DNA from: Eledone cirrhosa
Lineage: Eukaryota
Assembly: GCA_964016885.1 (NCBI GenBank)
Contig: OZ024763.1
Location: forward strand, 16,182,001-16,246,000
Direction: 5' to 3'
DNA: 64,000 nucleotides
Of the stretch, positions 1-13,947 are shown in pieces. Under the pieces are notes generated by a model. The model was not told the DNA's origin and searched no databases. It saw only the letters and a program-made list of their open reading frames with translations. A program made the translations under genes and the position numbers. Positions within the stretch are counted from its first letter, which is position 1, and each line of letters begins with the position of its first letter.

Positions 1-39
1 CAATTAATTATACAACTAAGTCAACATTACTAGTACCTA

Positions 40-500
40 AAACGTCCTGTTGCCACAGTGCTGACCCCCTGCCATGCCATGCTGCTCTCAAGAAGGTCAT
101 AAAGCATGGCTTGGATGCTGCAGGCTTCTCCCCCCAGCTCGAGCTGACTGGGCTGGACCGAGAGGACAGCGAAAGGCCAGACGGCATGACTATATTCCCG
201 TTCTGTGGTGGTAAAACTCCTCGGGATGCTACATGCAAGGACACATTCTCCAGAGGCAACCTGGTACAGTCTGCAACTAAACCAGGTTCTGATGAACTTC
301 GGGCCAAGGAAGGTAAACTCTCCAAATATCGAGCCCGTAGCAGTGGAGATTTCTGGTGTCCTTGGCCCTAGGGCCACCTCCCTTCTCACCAACATTGGCA
401 TAGAGTCGGCTACCCACAAGTGTGAGCCTTCCAAGCTGGAATGGCTCTTCCAGCGCATCTCCCTCACCATCCTTCAGGGAAATGCATTCTCTATTCTGTC
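40..500 (+). mobile_element. Degenerate 3' end (restriction-like endonuclease domain) of a CRE-clade non-LTR retrotransposon
   Basis: Frameshifted peptides DREDSERPDGMTIFPFCGGK..DATCKDT and EPVAVEISGVLGP..LFQRISLTILQGNAFSIL match the RPDG..WDATC, PxAxETxG and FQRLSxxIQRGNA motifs recalled for CRE-type RLE domains. Confidence 0.7.
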
Positions 501-699
501 CGGAGGGGCTGTGGAGCAGCCAGTCCACAGGGGCCACAGGGCAGCCAGGATGTGGGCCCCCACTTGCTCATAATAGTGAAAAATGTGGAGAGCGGAAGAG
601 ATGGAGGCAGTGAGAGTGGGAGTTTCTTTGTGTTTAGACTGATGATTGCACCAGATATTGCACTATTTCATTAAACTACTGATTCATTTTATTTATATA

Positions 700-1162
700 T
701 ATCATCACCATCGTCATAGTCGTTTAACGTCTATCTTCCACACTAGCATGGGTTTAGACGGGAATTGTCCCACTTGGTCGTCTCGCTCATATAGGACTGT
801 CTGGCGGGTTTTCTACGGCTGGATGCCCTTCCTAACAGCAACCACGTTTACAGTGTGGACTGGGAGGTTTTTACCGTGTTACCTACATGGCTACATTACA
901 GCGTGGACTGTTGTGTTTTTTTTGTTGTGACACCTACACGACCTCATTTGTTTAGGACTGGATGTTGAGGTACCAACATAACTTTACAGAGAAAGGGGTG
1001 GTGTTGATGGGGGTAGAGGTGGGGGAGTTGGGGTAGTGGGTTGGGGTGTATATTTGATTAAGAGATGCCTACTGACTGTAGGTTTCGCTTTGTACCAAAG
1101 ATTTCGGTCCAGTGACATTGTCTTAGAGAGGTGTAAGTGTGTAAGGTCGGAATTTATCAACA
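700..1162 (-). mobile_element. RTE-type LINE 3' fragment (ORF end plus 3' UTR)
   Basis: Minus-strand peptide LINSDLTHLHLSKTMSLDR; near-identical to 53480-54110 and homologous to the end of the LINE at 55890-57350. Confidence 0.75.
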
Positions 1163-1191
1163 TGTATATATATATATTCCTCAAAACTCAC

Positions 1192-1353
1192 TCTGTGTCT
1201 TTGTGAAAGTTTGGCCACTCTGTACTGCTGGCACCACAGTTTGAAGTGAACCAAAGTAACTTGAAAACTTCGCTGTTCCTTCACAAGGTCCCCCTGTATT
1301 TTCCTCTGCCGACATATCTCTGTGTAGTGTCTCCAGTGAAGCAACACGGCACT
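1192..1353 (-). CDS. SFI1-like Trp-repeat protein, exon 20 of those traced (gene continues beyond window start)
   Basis: CAG acceptor, GTGAGT donor, 162 bp, phase 0-0; SAVLLHWRHYTEICRQRKIQGDLVKEQRSFQVTLVHFKLWCQQYRVAKLSQRHR. Confidence 0.85.
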
Positions 1354-1620
1354 CTGGGGCCAATACTTAAGATACATTATTAATTTCCTCATCAATTGCT
1401 GAAAATAGAAAATATAATAATAACAAAAACATGCATGAATATTTATATAAATATTCCTCAATTATTAAAACTAGCAGAAAAACCACCCTTTAGTTAAAGT
1501 AAAGTAATCCATAATACATTTTAAAAAGACGATATTATATATAAACTGCATTACAGTGAAATGTTATGAAAACAAAAAAGGAGAAAATTAGCGACAGAAA
1601 TATAAACGTTATGATATAAC

Positions 1621-1795
1621 TGGTTCCACTTTTGGCACAAGGCCAGCAATTATTATACTTTATTTTATCGACCCCGTAAGGATGAAAGGCAAAGTTAACT
1701 TCGGCGGGATTTGAACTCAGATCATAAAGCGCCGTAACTCTTTGCTGCAAAGCATGGCGTCCGACCCTCTTCCGATACTGCCAATTCACCACCCT
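1621..1795 (-). mobile_element. tRNA-derived SINE family A
   Basis: A box (TGGCAGTATCGG) and B box (GAGTTCAAATCC) plus the GCCTTTCATCCTTACGGGGTCGATAAAATAAAGTACCAG-type body; about 20 full or partial copies in the window. Confidence 0.8.
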
Positions 1796-2119
1796 CGTTA
1801 TGATATAACGATGCAAATATATGGACATTTATATAAGCGATATAATATAGCGTCCATTATATCATAACCGGAAGTATTGACATTTGACAATTTTAAAAGA
1901 AGTGAATCTTAAAATAAGCAATCATTATATATCCCGCCTAGGTTAACTTTGCCTTTCATCCTTACGGGGTCGATAAAATAAAGTACCAGTAATGCACTGA
2001 TTTAATTGCTGGCCTTGTGCCAAAAGTAGAAACAATTATATATAAGAATATTTGTTAAATTAACAGCTACAAAATTTAGTAGATAAATTATGTAATATTC
2101 ATTCATTATTTATTCAAAG

Positions 2120-2308
2120 TGGTGGATTGGCAGTATCAGTAGAGGGTCGGACGCCATGCTTTGACGCATAGTGTTACGGCCCTTTACGATCTGAGTTCAA
2201 ATCCTGCCGAGGTTGACTTTGCCTTTCATTCTTACGGGGTCGATAAAATAAAGTACAAGTAATGCACTGGGTAATTGCTGGCCTTGTGCCTAAAGTAGAA
2301 ACAATTAT
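2120..2308 (+). mobile_element. tRNA-derived SINE family A, full length
   Basis: Same head and body. Other copies near 1930-2040, 17900-18130, 22460-22725, 34695-35014, 36222-36405, 42880-43295, 43775-43955, 54258-54492, 57568-57760, 57998-58100, 58672-58780 and 59264-59447. Confidence 0.85.
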
Positions 2309-2534
2309 TTATTCAAAGTAATCCAACTTATTTTACTAATGGGATAAAAAAATATATTCAGGACACAGTCCTGCACTCCTTACTTTATTATTTTATGGTG
2401 TGTTTTGTCATCATCATCATCATCTTCATAATCATCATCAATCAATGTCCGTTTGCCCAGCTAACGTATGTCATCATCATTGTCGTTTAACGTGTTGTCT
2501 TTGCTAGCAAAGGTTCAACATATCATTACAGACT

Positions 2535-2865
2535 GGTCACTGCTGGTGTCACAACAACAATGAGCACCCAGTCCACCCTGTAAGGTGGTCATGCTGGTGC
2601 CAGGACAAAAGGCATCGAGTTCACTTTATAATGTAGTATTGCTGGTGGCACAACAAAAGGCACCCAGTCCACCTTGTAAGGTGGTAGTGCTGGTGCCATG
2701 ACAAAAGGCACCCAGTTCACCTTGTAAGGTGGTAGTGCTGGTGCCACAACAAAAGGCACCCAGTTCACCTTGTAAGGTGGTAGTGCTGGTGCCACAACAA
2801 AAGGCACCCAGTTCACCTTGTAAGGTGGTAGTGCTGGTGCCATGACAAAAAGCACCCAGTCCACC
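2535..2865. repeat. 48-bp tandem repeat (~6-7 copies) derived from a LINE/SINE 3' tail motif
   Basis: Unit GTGCTGGTGCCACAACAAAAGGCACCCAGTTCACCTTGTAAGGTGGTA resembles the LINE 3' UTR at 57110-57210. Confidence 0.85.
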
Positions 2866-3134
2866 AATTGTGCATATGTGTATGTATATATATATGTGTG
2901 TGTGTGTGTGTATGTATGTGTATATATGTATGTGTATGTATATATATGTGTGTATGTATGTGTATGTATGTATATGTGTGTGTATGTATGTATGTATATG
3001 TGTATGTGCATGTGTGTGTATGTATGTATATGTGTATATGCATGTGTGCGTGTATGTGCGCATATGTGTATGCACGTGTGTGTGTGTGTGTATGTGTATC
3101 TACATGTGTGTGTATGTATGTAGCAACTGCCTAC

Positions 3135-3210
3135 CTGTATTCTCGTGGCTGTGTTGAAGTCACAGGTAGCCAGATCAGAGGTGATGTCAGGCTGTAAACC
3201 TCTTGGTGAG
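3135..3210 (-). CDS. SFI1-like protein, exon 19
   Basis: Strong polypyrimidine tract plus CAG, GTAGGC donor, 76 bp, phase 2-0; SPRGLQPDITSDLATCDFNTATRIQ bridges the neighbouring exons in frame. Not in the ORF track. Confidence 0.8.
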
Positions 3211-3249
3211 CTGAGGAGGGGAAGAAAACAAACAACAGCAATAAAGATT

Positions 3250-4722
3250 ATTACATCTGGTCACTTTATCATATTACATCTGGTTACATGTAGAGGCTTT
3301 GTATTGCATCTAGTCACTTTGGATATTACATCTGGTCAATTTATGATATTACATCTGGTCACTTTATCATATTACATCTGGTTACATGTAGAGGCTTTGT
3401 ATTGCATCTAGTCACTTTGGATATTACATCTGGTCAATTTATGATATTACATCTGGTCACTTTATCATATTACATCTGGTTACATGTAGAGGCTTTGTAT
3501 TGCATCTAGTCACTTTGGATATTACATCTGGTCAATTTATGATATTACATCTGGTCACTTTATCATATTACATCTGGTTACATGTAGAGGCTTTGTATTG
3601 CATCTAGTCACTTTGGATATTACATCTGGTCAATTTATGATATTACATCTGGTCACTTTATCATATTACATCTGGTTACATGTAGAGGCTTTGTATTGCA
3701 TCTAGTCACTTTGGATATTACATCTGGTCAATTTATGATATTACATCTGGTCACTTTATCATATTACATCTGGTTACATGTAGAGGCTTTATATTGCATC
3801 TAGTCACTTTGGATATTACATCTGGTCAATTTATGATATTACATCTGGTCACTTTATCATATTACATCTGGTTACATGTAGAGGCTTTGTATTGCATCTA
3901 GTCACTTTGGATATTACATCTGGTCAATTTATGATATTACATCTGGTCACTTTATCATATTACATCTGGTTACATGTAGAGGCTTTATATTGCATCTAGT
4001 CACTTTGGATATTACATCTGGTCAATTTATGATGTTACATCTGGTCACTTTATCATATTACATCTGGTTACATGTAGAGGCTTTATATTGCATCTAGTCA
4101 CTTTGGATATTACATCTGGTCAATTTATGATATTACATCTGGTCACTTTATCATATTACATCTGGTTACATGTAGAGGCTTTATATTGCATCTAGTCACT
4201 TTGGATATTACATCTGGTCAATTTATGATATTACATCTAGTCACTTTATCATATTACATCTGGTTACATGTAGTGGCTTTATATTGCATCTAGTCACTTT
4301 GGATATTACATCTGGTCAATTTATGATATTACATCCGGTCACTTTTGGATATTACATCTGGTCAATTTATGATATCACATCTGGTCCCTTTTGGATATTA
4401 CATCTGGTCAATTTATGATATTACATCCGGTCACTTTTGGATATTACATCTGGTAATTTATGATATCACATCTGGTCCCTTTTGGATATTACATCTGGTC
4501 AATTTATGATATTACATCCGGTCACTTTTGGATATTACATCTGGTAATTTATGATATTACATCCGGTTACTTTTGGATATTACATCTGGTCAATTATGAT
4601 ATTACATCTGGTCACTTTTGGATATTACATCTGGTAATTTATGATATCACATCTGGTCCCTTTTGGATATTATATCTGGTCAATTATGATATTACATCTG
4701 GTCACTTTTGGATATTACATCT
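3250..4722. repeat. Minisatellite: 98-bp higher-order unit of four ~23-bp ATTACATCTGGT subunits (~11 copies), then ~47-bp dimers
   Basis: GTAGAGGC recurs every 98 bp until ~4270, after which the array switches to a two-subunit period. Confidence 0.95.
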
Positions 4723-5399
4723 TGGTGATGCAATCATAATGTTTTGTACTTTCCAAGAATATCTTGATTATGCACTTTCATATAGTTTGTTAATTCAAAT
4801 GTTTATAGTATCTTTACTAGTGGACAGATTGTTGTGAAATGTTACAATGTACTTTAATAATTAACAAGATGCTGTCATAATGCTGTTTAGTACTTTTCAA
4901 GAATATCTTATAATGTGGTTTCATGTAGTTTGTTAATTCAAATATTTACGATATCTTTACAAGTTAACAGATTGTTGTAAAAATTTTCAGTTTTAGTATA
5001 AAGACTTTAACTTTTAATGTGATGCAGTCATAGAGTTGTTTTGTGCTTTACAAGAATGTTTTACTGATGTGGGTTAATACAGTCTAAAGTCTAAAGTCAA
5101 GCCAGAAAGCTCATTAGGCCGGTGTTTATCCTAGTTTCATGGCATGAAGTGACTGAGAGTACAAGACCTTCCCCCCTGGACAGGACGCCAGTCTATTGCA
5201 GGGTTAAACCTCCCCCCCCCCAACTATTGCTGGGTACTCATTTTCAGCTGAGTATACTGGAGCAACGTGAAAATGAAGTGTTTTGCTCAAGAACACAACA
5301 ACACACAACCCAGGAATCAAACCCACAACATTATAATCGTAAGTACAACACCCTTACCACTAGGACACGTGCCTCTACTTTGGGATAACAAATATATTT

Positions 5400-5720
5400 A
5401 GTTTCTGAATTTGTTTAGCAAGATTCTTTATCTGAAAACGTGTGTTGAAACCGATATTGTTATACTTTGGGAGGGCCATGTTGCCAATAAGAAACACACG
5501 CACCAGTTGCTGTCACTTCAATTTATTATATAATAAATTTATAAATTTAGGAATTTATAAATTTCCGGTTGGTTGGTTCCACAACCAGATGGTTGTTTAT
5601 ATATTGTCAAAGTTCTTTCGTCACACACTCTGTGACCTCTTCAGTGACTGGGGATTCTTTTCTTTGTTTTTGTGCCTCTCCTTTGTTCTGTCCTACGCCA
5701 TCTTGTTTTTGTGTTAAATA
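5400..5720 (-). mobile_element. Penelope-like pseudo-LTR fragment (same family as 9950-11199) containing a hammerhead motif at 5606-5648
   Basis: Near-identical to 9952-10224; the minus strand reads GTCA-CTGAAGA-G-GTCACA..TGTGAC-GAAA-GAAC-TT-TGAC. Confidence 0.7.
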
Positions 5721-5949
5721 TATTTAATTTAAATAAAATGGTACCCATCTTTCCTTGCTGCCCTAAACATGCATTTATTTCAAATAAAACAGTGCCCTAA
5801 ACATGTTTATTTTGAATAAAATGGTACACCTCTTACTATTGCCCTAAACATGCATTTATTTTCTTTACTGGTTAATCCTGTCCTTCATTGCTCCTATGTG
5901 CCGCCACAATTAATACAGTACAGGACATTGATAGTTAAGAGGTACTGAC

Positions 5950-6207
5950 CTGTGTTTTAGGAAGACAGAACTGGTTCCATCTTCTAATTGATCTATTTGC
6001 CTTTCTTCCAACGTTTCTAAGCCATCTTGGCTCTCATAGTCGGAACTGTCCATTAGCTGGAAGTCTGTGGTACCACCTACCCAGGTGTCCATTTGAAGAG
6101 ACAGCTGTAAGCGACACACTGCCCTGGTGAGCACTCTGTCAGTGTAGTAATGCCATTCCAACAAGACTTGTTTCACCAACACCACTTGTCGACAACTGTC
6201 GTAATCT
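5950..6207 (-). CDS. SFI1-like protein, exon 18
   Basis: CAG acceptor, GTCAGT donor, 258 bp, phase 2-2; DYDSCRQVVLVKQVLLEWHYYTDRVLTRAVCRLQL...SSVFLKH. Confidence 0.85.
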
Positions 6208-6576
6208 CTGCAATGGTATCACATATACACATGAAACATAAATAGCTGAGTCTTGGAAGAAGTATTTGAGGAGGACTCAACAGCCCTCGCGGGAATAAGT
6301 GGGAAGAGGAGGGGGGGAGAATGAGGAGAGGGGGAGAGAATGAGGAGGGGGTGAGGAGGAAAAGGAGGAGGGGGAGGAGGAGGAGAGATCTGGACACAAA
6401 AATACCATTGTATATATGTATCTCTTTCTCTCTCTCTCTCTCTTTATATATATATATATATAGGAAAAAGTATGACCCCGACGGCAGAGCTCAAGCCGTT
6501 TCGATGGCTATTGTTCCTTACCACAATTCCTTTGTTATATATATATATATATATATTTATATCTATCTATCTATTC

Positions 6577-6669
<93 letters not shown>

Positions 6670-6843
6670 TATATATATATATATATATATATACAGTATT
6701 TTCCGTTGTGTTGTAATATAAATATTACACACAGTAGATTGACAGCTCACGTACAGTTTGCTCGACGGTTCCAGTTGAAATTCCAAAAGTAATCCGGAGA
6801 AAAATAGAAAGATTTGAATGGATACAGTTTAGTTGAAAGGAAT

Positions 6844-6964
6844 TTATTGACACGTGTTTCTATAACAGTTACATAACCTGAAAACAGCTGCTATCTACAA
6901 AGTATTAGTTATGCAGACAATCAATATTTCAATGTTATTATTTACTGTCATTTCATCAGAATAA
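6844..6964 (-). ncRNA. Type I hammerhead ribozyme with a long stem II loop
   Basis: TTATT-CTGATGA-A-ATGACAGT-(~75 nt)-ACTGTTAT-A-GAAA-CACGTG-TC-AATAA: stems I and II pair, stem III is palindromic, cleavage triplet GUC. Confidence 0.6.
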
Positions 6965-7842
6965 TATTACTGAGGACCTGTTTGGTTTTTATAGAGAATA
7001 TTAGGAGAGAGGGGTGAAGTTGTTAGAAGAATAGTTGAGGGAGTGGTTTTTTGATAGGAGTGAGAATTTTTGGTGGCAGTGAGTAATTAGATTCCCATCT
7101 GTTGTTTTGACATTTTTATAGAATATATTATTGGTTATTTTTCTATATCTATAGAGGGATTAGAGATAGTAAAGATATGCGTGGTTGGTTTTGTGTTTGC
7201 ACTTAATTAACATTCAGACTTAAATTTGTTCTTTCCAGTGTACGCATCCTCTCACCCACGCATTCTCACACAAACATATTTGCACCCCTCTACAAAATAC
7301 ATATACTCACATTCACATAGTAACATGTTCATACTTACATACATATACACATGCATACATATATATATACACACACGTATTCATGTACATACATACGCGT
7401 TCATGTGTGTACATTTTCATACTCAACTTATCTTTATATACACACGTATAGACACACACATATATACATACATACTCTAGTCTATGTGCATATATATACA
7501 TATACATATATTAAAGTGTGTATATATATACATATACATGTATTAAAGTGCTTATATATATATAAGCACTTGAATACATGAATACACTTACATCTAACTA
7601 TACACATCAAACATATATATATATTTACTTATTTATATACATTTTCACATATATATACATACTTATGGTCGCTTTTAGACACATTCATTATCGCATGTTT
7701 GCACCTATTCTCATCAGCATATCTTTCCATTATTAGTGTGGTAATTTGAGGTTATTAATATACATATATATGTTGAGAAGAAATTGTTTTTATATTTTTC
7801 TAACTAGATTGAGGTTTATATAGTTGGGGGGATGTCCATCTT

Positions 7843-8121
7843 TTATGTAATATTCGGCTTGTAGTGGGAAAAAAGGGTTTTAGTTCGGTGACGGCAAAAT
7901 AATGTTCGTTCAATTCTGTTATTCAGCAATTTCTTCTTGTGTGTGATTATGTAATAAATCTCAAGATTACACAATTTGCAGAAATTTTGGCTCCTGGAAA
8001 AGCTTTGGGTTTTAGCTAATTTCTCCCATTTTAGGGTAAACTTTTGATCGCTATCCCTGAGCGTCCAAGCTTTTTCTGCTAAAGTTGTTACATTCAGAAA
8101 AAGCTTGTCAGGTTTGATCAT
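7843..8121 (-). mobile_element. Penelope-like element, C-terminal GIY-YIG endonuclease fragment
   Basis: TTLAEKAWTLRD..FTLKWEKL..CKLCNLEIYYI..LLNNRIERTLFCRHRTK fits the CxLCLxEKxxI..LLNKRxE..CRH C-terminus of PLE endonucleases. Confidence 0.8.
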
Positions 8122-8299
8122 TACATCGATCGTGCCTCAAGCTGGTCGCCAGAGAAACGATTGTAATATGTCTAATAAATGTTATTCGTCGCACCACTGA
8201 TTCTCCGTTTCTTATGTGATATCATACTCTGCTCTGTAAGAGCATCGAGTGCTCAAATGGCCTACCACATACGGACGCTTTATATATATATATACATTA

Positions 8300-9600
8300 A
8301 GAAGCCAGAGAAGATTGTGAATGTAGGTTGGAAGCTGCTAGAGTTGGTTGAGGACTTCCAGTATCTGGAAGCAAAGATTGGGAACACAGAGGATGATGTG
8401 GTGGAGAGGAAGTGCAAAGGCTGGGTGGCATGCCACAGTTTCAGATTGGTGTGGAAGTCGGACCTTCGTAAAGACCTGAAGATCTGTCTGTTCATTGCTA
8501 CAGTGAAGTCTGTGCTGCAGTACGGGTTTGACACTTGGACATTGACCAAGAAACTCACTCAGATGGTGGATGGCTGCTACACGAGAATGCTGAGGATGGC
8601 TCTGAACATTAATCAGTATACACAGAGGATGAAGAACTCAGAGTTGTATGGGAGCCTCCCAAAGGTCAGCTCGAGAGTAGCACAGAGGAGATTGAGGTTG
8701 GCTGGACATGCTCACCGACATCCAGAGTTGACACTGCACTCAGTGCTCCTGTGGGAGCCCCTGCATGCACACACTGGAAGAGGAAGACTAAGGTTAGCTG
8801 GACATGCTCACCGACATCCAGAGTTGACACTGCACTCAGTGCTCCTGTGGGACCCCCTGCATGAACACACTGGAAGAGGAAGACTGAGGTTAGCTGGACA
8901 TGCTCACCGACATCCAGAGTTGACACTGCACTCAGTGCTCCTGTGGGAGCCCCTGCATGGACACACTGGAAGAGGAAGACTGAGGTTAGCTGGACATGCT
9001 CACCGACATCCAGAGTTGACACTGCACTCAGTGCTCCTGTGGGAGCCCCTGCATGGACACACTGGAAGAGGAAGACCGAGGTTAGCTGGACATGCTCACC
9101 GACATCCAGAGTTGACACTGCACTCAGTGCTCCTGTGGGAGCCCCTGCATGGACACACTGGAAGAGGAAGACTGAGGTTAGCTGGACATGCGCACCAACA
9201 TCCAGAGTTGACACTGCACTCAGTGCTCCTGTGGGACCCCCTGCATGGACACACTGGAAGAGGAAGACCGAGGTTAGCTGGACATGCGCACCGACATCCA
9301 GAGTTGACACTGCACTCAGTGCTCCTGTGGGACCCCCTGCATGGACACACTGGAAGAGGAAGACTGAGGTTAGCTGGACATGCTCACCGACATCCAGAGT
9401 TGACACTGCACTCAGTGCTCCTGTGGGAGCCCCTGCATGGACACACTGGAAGAGGAAGACCGAGGTTAACGTATGTTGATGCCCTAAGGACAGACACTGG
9501 TCTGTTGGAGACGCAGGACATGGCAGCGATGATGAGGGACAGAGACCGCTGGAGAGAACTCGTCCATGGATCTCGGGAATTTTACCCGCCCTAGACAGAT
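8300..9600 (+). mobile_element. 5'-truncated LINE (RTE-like) C-terminal region with eight in-frame 96-bp duplications
   Basis: LELVEDFQYL, KSVLQYGFDTWTLTK, RRLRLAGH, GRGRPRLTY and DRDRWRELV are typical post-RT LINE motifs; the element starts after a (TA)n tract. Confidence 0.85.
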
Positions 9601-9635
9601 ATATAATCATCAACATCATATGTTCATATACATAC

Positions 9636-9811
9636 CTTGCTAATAATATACTGGATAAAATCCTCCTCCATGCGTTGAAGGTAGTGGTGATCAAGTTCTT
9701 CCTGGTTAGCCTCTTGATGTTGAATAATGCTGCACACCTGGCCTCCTTCACCATCTTTACATTCTGTCTCCATTGGTTGAAGAAACTTCTTTGGTGTAAC
9801 AGGTTTCGTCT
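9636..9811 (-). CDS. SFI1-like protein, exon 17
   Basis: CAG acceptor, GTATGT donor, 176 bp, phase 0-2; RRNLLHQRSFFNQWRQNVKMVKEARCAALFNIKRLTRKNLITTTFNAWRRILSSILLA. Confidence 0.85.
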
Positions 9812-9872
9812 CTGTCATACGGATAACAAGATAACAAAACAATGGAAACACTTACAACAACTGTGTAACCCA

Positions 9873-9951
<79 letters not shown>

Positions 9952-10333
9952 CGTTTCTGAATTTGTTTAGCAAGATTCTTTATCTGAAAACGTGTGTTGA
10001 AACCGATATTGTTATACTTTGGGAGGGTCATGTTGCCAATAAGAAACACACGCACCAGTTGCTTTCACTTCAATTTAATTTATTATATATTTATAAATTT
10101 ATAAATTTATAAATTTACAAATTTACAAACTTATAAATTTCTGGTTGGTTGGTTGGTTCCACAACCAGATAGTTGTTTATATATAGTCATAGTCCTTTCG
10201 TCACACACTCTGTGACCTCTTCAGAATCCACACACAGAAAAGACGCAATGTTTAGGCAAATTACTGAGGCAGTAAGCATAAAAGAATTAAAACCAAAATT
10301 AAATAGAAAATATGAGTGGAACAGCAACATCAC

Positions 10334-10862
10334 AACTTACAATTAAGGACAAAATGAAAACACACACACACATAGAACAAACAACTTACAATTAAGGACA
10401 AAATGAAAACACACACACACATAGAACAAACAACTTACAATTAAGGACAAAATGAAAACACACACACACATAGAACAAACAACTTACAATTAAGGACAAA
10501 ATGAAAACACACACACACATAGAACAAACAACTTACAATTAAGGACAAAATGAAAACACACACACACATAGAACAAACAACTTACAATTAAGGACAAAAT
10601 GAAAACACACACACACATAGAACAAACAACTTACAATTAAGGACAAAATGAAAACACACACACACATAGAACAAACAACTTACAATTAAGGACAAAATGA
10701 AAACACACACACACATAGAACAAACAACTTACAATTAAGGACAAAATGAAAACACACACACACATAGAACAAACAACTTACAATTAAGGACAAAATGAAA
10801 ACACAAACAAAATGAAAACACACACAGGACAAAATGAAAACACACACACACATAGAACAAAC
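10334..10862. repeat. 49-bp tandem repeat (~10 copies) inside the Penelope-like element
   Basis: Unit AACTTACAATTAAGGACAAAATGAAAAC(AC)nATAGAACAAAC includes the ORF stop codon. Confidence 0.95.
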
Positions 10863-11023
10863 AACCAACGATAAATAAATAAATAAATAAACAAATAGAT
10901 AAATGAACACAAACACACACAGACACCCAGATGTGGCGCATGCGCAAACTGAACACACACACAGAAACAAAATGGCGTAGGATAGAAGAAAGGAAAGGCA
11001 CAGAAACGAAGAAAGGAATCCCC

Positions 11024-11068
11024 AGTCACTGAAGAGGTCACAGAGTGTGTGACGAAAGGACTATGACT
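11024..11068 (+). ncRNA. Minimal type I hammerhead ribozyme
   Basis: AGTCA-CTGAAGA-G-GTCACA-gagtg-TGTGAC-GAAA-GGAC-TA-TGACT: 5-bp stem I, 6-bp stem II, minimal stem III. Confidence 0.7.
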
Positions 11069-11510
11069 ATATATAAACAACTATCTGGTTGTAGAACCAA
11101 CCAACCAACCAGAAATTTATAAGTTTGTAAATTTGTAAATTTATAAATTTATAAATATATAATAAATTGAAGTGAAAGCAACTGGTGCGTGTGTTTCTTC
11201 ATCATCATCATCATTTTACGTCCGCTTTTCCCTGCTTGCAAGGGTGGGACAGGAACTGATTCTGGCTTGAGTTCTACAGCTGGATGCCCTTCCTAACAAC
11301 AACCTCATTTACAGTGAGTGCTGGGTGCTTTTTTTGCCGTGGCACTTCCACGACCACTTTGCAGTGGTATGATAGGGACCTCCGTCCCTATCATCTCATT
11401 TCTACAGCTGAGTAAACTGGAGCAATGTGAAATAAAGTGTCTTGCTCAAGGAAACAATTAGGAAAATGTTTGACCCCGACGGCAGAGCTCAAGCCGTTTA
11501 GACGGTCCAG

Positions 11511-11603
11511 AAAGTAGAGTTGAGATGGAGGGTCTGTGGTTTTTCTCACATCTGAGATACAGATGTGAGAAAAACCACAGACCCTCCATCTCAACTCTAC
11601 TTT
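11511..11603. repeat. Perfect 44-bp inverted repeat with a 5-nt loop
   Basis: 11511-11554 is the exact reverse complement of 11560-11603. Confidence 0.95.
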
Positions 11604-11767
11604 TGAAAAGCAGAAGAACTGCGAAACCAGTAAAGGAACCAAATAAATATATATATTTAAAAAAAAAATAAGACTCCATTTGCATTTTCGATTTCATCTC
11701 TTTTTCTTTATACTTTCACTCGTGTAGGACACCTCGGTTATTTTTCATTTTGTAAAAAAAACCTCAC

Positions 11768-11830
<63 letters not shown>

Positions 11831-11844
11831 TATATGAACACACA

Positions 11845-11884
<40 letters not shown>

Positions 11885-11973
11885 TGTGGGAAAGAGAGAG
11901 AGAGATAATAAATAAAAGTTATCATGATGGTGAGGCAGAGAGGGAGGAGGTTACATATAGATGGAAAGAAGAG

Positions 11974-12040
<67 letters not shown>

Positions 12041-12061
12041 GAAAATATATAAAAGTTATAA

Positions 12062-12238
12062 TGGTTTCTACTATTGGCACAAGGCCAGCAATTACCCCAG
12101 TACATTACTGGTACTTTATTTTATCGACCCCGTAAGGATGAAAGGCAAAGTTAACCTCAGCGGGATTTTAACTCAGAATGGCAAGGGCCGTAACTCTATG
12201 CGCCAAAGCATAGCGTCCGACCCTCTACCGATACTGCG
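12062..12238 (-). mobile_element. SINE family A between two copies of a duplicated flank
   Basis: Full SINE; 11947-12059 is repeated at 12241-13622. Confidence 0.8.
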
Positions 12239-12267
12239 AGGAGGTTACATATAGATGGAAGCAAGAG

Positions 12268-13598
<1,331 letters not shown>

Positions 13599-13630
13599 AG
13601 AGCAGATAATATATAAAGGTTAAACTTTAC

Positions 13631-13844
13631 TATTTCAGTTTCATGTAACCGCTTCTGCCTCATTTGTTGCTGTGCTCTTCTTCTCCAGATGAGGAACCTC
13701 CGTAAGAGGAGCTTCCGATGGAAATTAGACGCTAGCTGTCCTCTACAGACGACACGAGTCCATCCTGAGAAAGACTGTTGTAAAATAATTCCATTCCTCT
13801 TCGCCACGATACATCTCTCACAGTTGTACACGATAAACAACCTC
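13631..13844 (-). CDS. SFI1-like protein, exon 16
   Basis: TTTTCCAG acceptor; weak ATA|GTAAAG donor chosen by phase; 214 bp, phase 2-0; RLFIVYNCERC..LQQSFSGWTR..LLLRRFLIWRRRAQQQMRQKRLHETEI. Confidence 0.8.
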
Positions 13845-13947
13845 CTGGAAAAAGTAATAATACATTTATACGTATATATATATATATATATGTATATGTG
13901 TATGTATATCTATGTATATGTGTATATCATCATCATCATCATCATCA

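Larger units (their letters stand above)
9950..11199 (+). mobile_element. 5'-truncated Penelope-like element with an inverted pseudo-LTR
   Basis: 10043-10224 and 11029-11199 are inverted repeats. Between them lies the ORF end MFRQITEAVSIKELKPKLNRKYEW (GIY-YIG EAxxI..KPxLN motif) and a 3' UTR; a hammerhead and AATAAA (11161) lie in the right arm. Confidence 0.8.

Noticed and set aside
8179-9594. 471-aa standalone gene
   Set aside because: Chimeric frame crossing a pseudo-LTR end, a TA tract and a truncated LINE.
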